The notes beneath the pieces were generated by a model. That model searched no databases. It was not told the origin of the DNA and saw nothing but the letters and a program-made list of their open reading frames with translations. From assembly GCA_038245295.1 (NCBI GenBank), contig JBBRSP010000003.1, positions 256,001 to 320,000 of the forward strand: 64,000 nt of DNA, given 5' to 3'. This document shows, in pieces, positions 62,030 through 64,000 of the stretch. Positions within the stretch are counted from its first letter, which is position 1; every line of letters starts with the position of its first letter. The position numbers were made by a program, and so were the translations under genes. Source of the DNA: Candidatus Binatia bacterium (lineage in GTDB: Bacteria; Desulfobacterota; Binatia; HRBIN30).

Positions 62030-62860
62030 ATGGCACCACAGATTGTCTCCGTCGGGTCGCTCCGCATCGGTGGCGGGCAACCCTTCGCCTTCATCGGTGG
62101 GCCGTGCGTCATCGAGAGTCGCGATCACACCCTGCGACATGCCGAGCGATTGCGCGAGATCACCGCAAAGGTAGGGGTGCCCTTCATCTTCAAGTCGTCC
62201 TTCGACAAAGCCAACCGCACTTCGCTCTCGTCCTATCGCGGCCCCGGTATGGAGGCTGGCCTGAAGATCCTGGAAGAGGTGCGCCGCGAACTGAACGTGC
62301 CTGTCCTCACCGACGTCCACGAGAGCAGCCAGGTCGCTGCGGTCGCGGCGGTCGTTGATGTCCTCCAGACGCCCGCATTCCTCGTACGCCAAACCGACTT
62401 TCTCCTCGACGTCGCCGCCGCCGGCAAGGTCGTGAACATCAAAAAGGGTCAGTTCGTAGCACCGTGGGACATGGGGCCGGTTTTGGAAAAGGTGGCCAGC
62501 ACCGGCAACCGCCAGATCATGGTTACCGAGCGCGGCTATGCATTCGGGTACAACAACCTGGTGGCCGATATGCGTTCGTTGGCGGTAATGGCCGACTTCG
62601 GTTTCCCGGTCATCTACGATGCCGGTCACAGTGTGCAGCTGCCGGGCGGCCAGGGCGGTTCGTCTGGTGGCCAGCGGCAGTACATTCGCAGCCTGGCGCG
62701 GGCTGCGGTGGCCACACGCGTTGATGCACTCTTTCTGGAAGTTCATGAAGACCCCGACCATGCCAAGAGCGACGGGCCGAACTCGTATCGTCTCGACGAA
62801 ATCGGCACTCTCCTCGCCGAACTGAAACGGATCGATGCCGTCGTCAAAGAATCCGCGTAA
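62030..62860 (+). CDS. kdsA: KDO 8-phosphate synthase
   Basis: GPCVIES, FDKANRTS, IKKGQF, HSVQLPG. Confidence 0.97.
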   Translation: MAPQIVSVGSLRIGGGQPFAFIGGPCVIESRDHTLRHAERLREITAKVGVPFIFKSSFDKANRTSLSSYRGPGMEAGLKILEEVRRELNVPVLTDVHESSQVAAVAAVVDVLQTPAFLVRQTDFLLDVAAAGKVVNIKKGQFVAPWDMGPVLEKVASTGNRQIMVTERGYAFGYNNLVADMRSLAVMADFGFPVIYDAGHSVQLPGGQGGSSGGQRQYIRSLARAAVATRVDALFLEVHEDPDHAKSDGPNSYRLDEIGTLLAELKRIDAVVKESA

Positions 62861-63833
62861 GGCAGACACTGCGGCAACGGACGTGCGGCGGGCGCGTCGC
62901 GTCTTCGCCATCGAAGTCGCAGCGCTGCAGGCTGTCGCGAAGCGCCTCGACGCCGGGTTCGCCGAGGCCATCGAGATCCTCGCTTCTTGTCGTGGCAAGA
63001 TCGTGGTCACTGGTCTGGGCAAATCCGGAATCATTTGCCGCAAGATCGCCGCGACCCTGACGAGCACCGGTTCGCCGGCGGTGTTCCTACACGCCGCCGA
63101 AGCGGTGCACGGCGACGCCGGAGTCTTTACCAAAGGCGATTGCGTGATCGCGTTGTCGACAAGCGGCGAGACGGAAGTCGTGGCGCTGCTACCGATTGTG
63201 AAACGCCTCAACCTGCCGTTGATTGCTCTCACCGGGCGGCGTACGTCGACACTTGGCGCCGCCGCCGACGTCGTGCTCGACGTGGGAGTGGCGGAAGAGG
63301 CATGCCCGATGGGTTTGGCACCAACGGCGAGCACGACGGTCGCGCTCGCCATGGGGGACGCCCTCGCTGTGGTGCTGCTCGAGCGCAAAGGCTTCGACCG
63401 CAACGACTTCGCCGGGATCCATCCGGGCGGCGCGCTCGGCCGCCGTTTCCTGAAAGTCAGTGAGCTCATGCATGGCGACGAGCAGATGCCGTTGGTTGGC
63501 GGGAGCGCCGGGTTCAGTCAGACGCTGATGGAGATTACCTCAAAACGTTTGGGCATCACGGGCGTGGTGAATGGGCGCGGGCGGTTGATTGGTGCGATCA
63601 CCGACGGCGATGTGCGGCGCGCTCTGGAGCGGCTTGGTGATCTGCGCCAGGCGCGAGCCGGTGAACTGATGAGCAAAGCTCCCAAGACGATCGGTGCGGA
63701 CGCTCTGGGTGAGCAGGCGGTTGCCCTAATGGAGCGCCACAGTATTACGGCGCTTTTTGTCGTTCACCCGCGCTCGGGGCATCCGCTCGGGGTGATTCAC
63801 TTGCATGACCTGTTGAAGGCTGGGGTCGTGTAG
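62835..63833 (+). CDS. kdsD: Arabinose-5-phosphate isomerase (KpsF/GutQ)
   Basis: TGLGKSG, EAVHGD, APTAST, HPGG.LG, CBS pair. Confidence 0.93.
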   Translation: MPSSKNPRKADTAATDVRRARRVFAIEVAALQAVAKRLDAGFAEAIEILASCRGKIVVTGLGKSGIICRKIAATLTSTGSPAVFLHAAEAVHGDAGVFTKGDCVIALSTSGETEVVALLPIVKRLNLPLIALTGRRTSTLGAAADVVLDVGVAEEACPMGLAPTASTTVALAMGDALAVVLLERKGFDRNDFAGIHPGGALGRRFLKVSELMHGDEQMPLVGGSAGFSQTLMEITSKRLGITGVVNGRGRLIGAITDGDVRRALERLGDLRQARAGELMSKAPKTIGADALGEQAVALMERHSITALFVVHPRSGHPLGVIHLHDLLKAGVV

Positions 63834-63851
63834 GCCCTGCCGCGAGGCTCC

Positions 63852-64000
63852 GTGAATCCAATTCGCCGCTATTACAAGTCGTCGCCGCGCCTGCGCCGGT
63901 TGTCGCGACAGATCAAGAACGCCTTCATCGGCAATGCGGCGCGGTTCGCTCTCTGGTCGATCGGGTTGCTGTCTCTGGAACGTGCACTGGCGTTTGGCGA
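63852..64000 (+). CDS. Probable lipid A late acyltransferase (LpxL-like), truncated by window end
   Basis: Open frame, basic then hydrophobic N-terminus ..LLSLERALAFG; kds context. Confidence 0.45.
   Translation, partial: MNPIRRYYKSSPRLRRLSRQIKNAFIGNAARFALWSIGLLSLERALAFG

Overview
GC-rich bacterial chromosomal window, densely coding, with no rRNA, tRNA or CRISPR array recognised. Cys-rich secreted proteins, a dockerin-like/Pro-Thr surface protein, hpnI and LLM oxidoreductases suggest a Candidatus Binatia-like (deltaproteobacterial) organism; this is inference only. The right end is housekeeping (purK-purE, proS, kdsB-pyrG-kdsA-kdsD-lpxL-like). The rest is accessory envelope, stress and catabolic genes. 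Most notable: (1) an apparently self-contained envelope-stress module (sigma54 promoter, 52-aa membrane peptide, 2TM-domain histidine kinase, NtrC-type activator, second sigma54 promoter, pspA), with no pspF/B/C; (2) six sigma54-like promoters, four directly upstream of microproteins missed or mis-started by the ORF track; (3) a ~1500-aa NIDO/Ig/dockerin-like adhesin split by one in-frame amber codon; (4) a lipoprotein fusing a caspase/legumain-fold protease with PDZ and WCGPC thioredoxin domains; (5) a DUF3604-PPIase-HupE/UreJ operon; (6) an exosortase H-like pair; (7) a MITE with a target-site duplication; (8) an internally deleted PhyH pseudogene; (9) a structured terminator-containing leader upstream of hpnI. 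All calls come from reading motifs by eye; no database searches were run.
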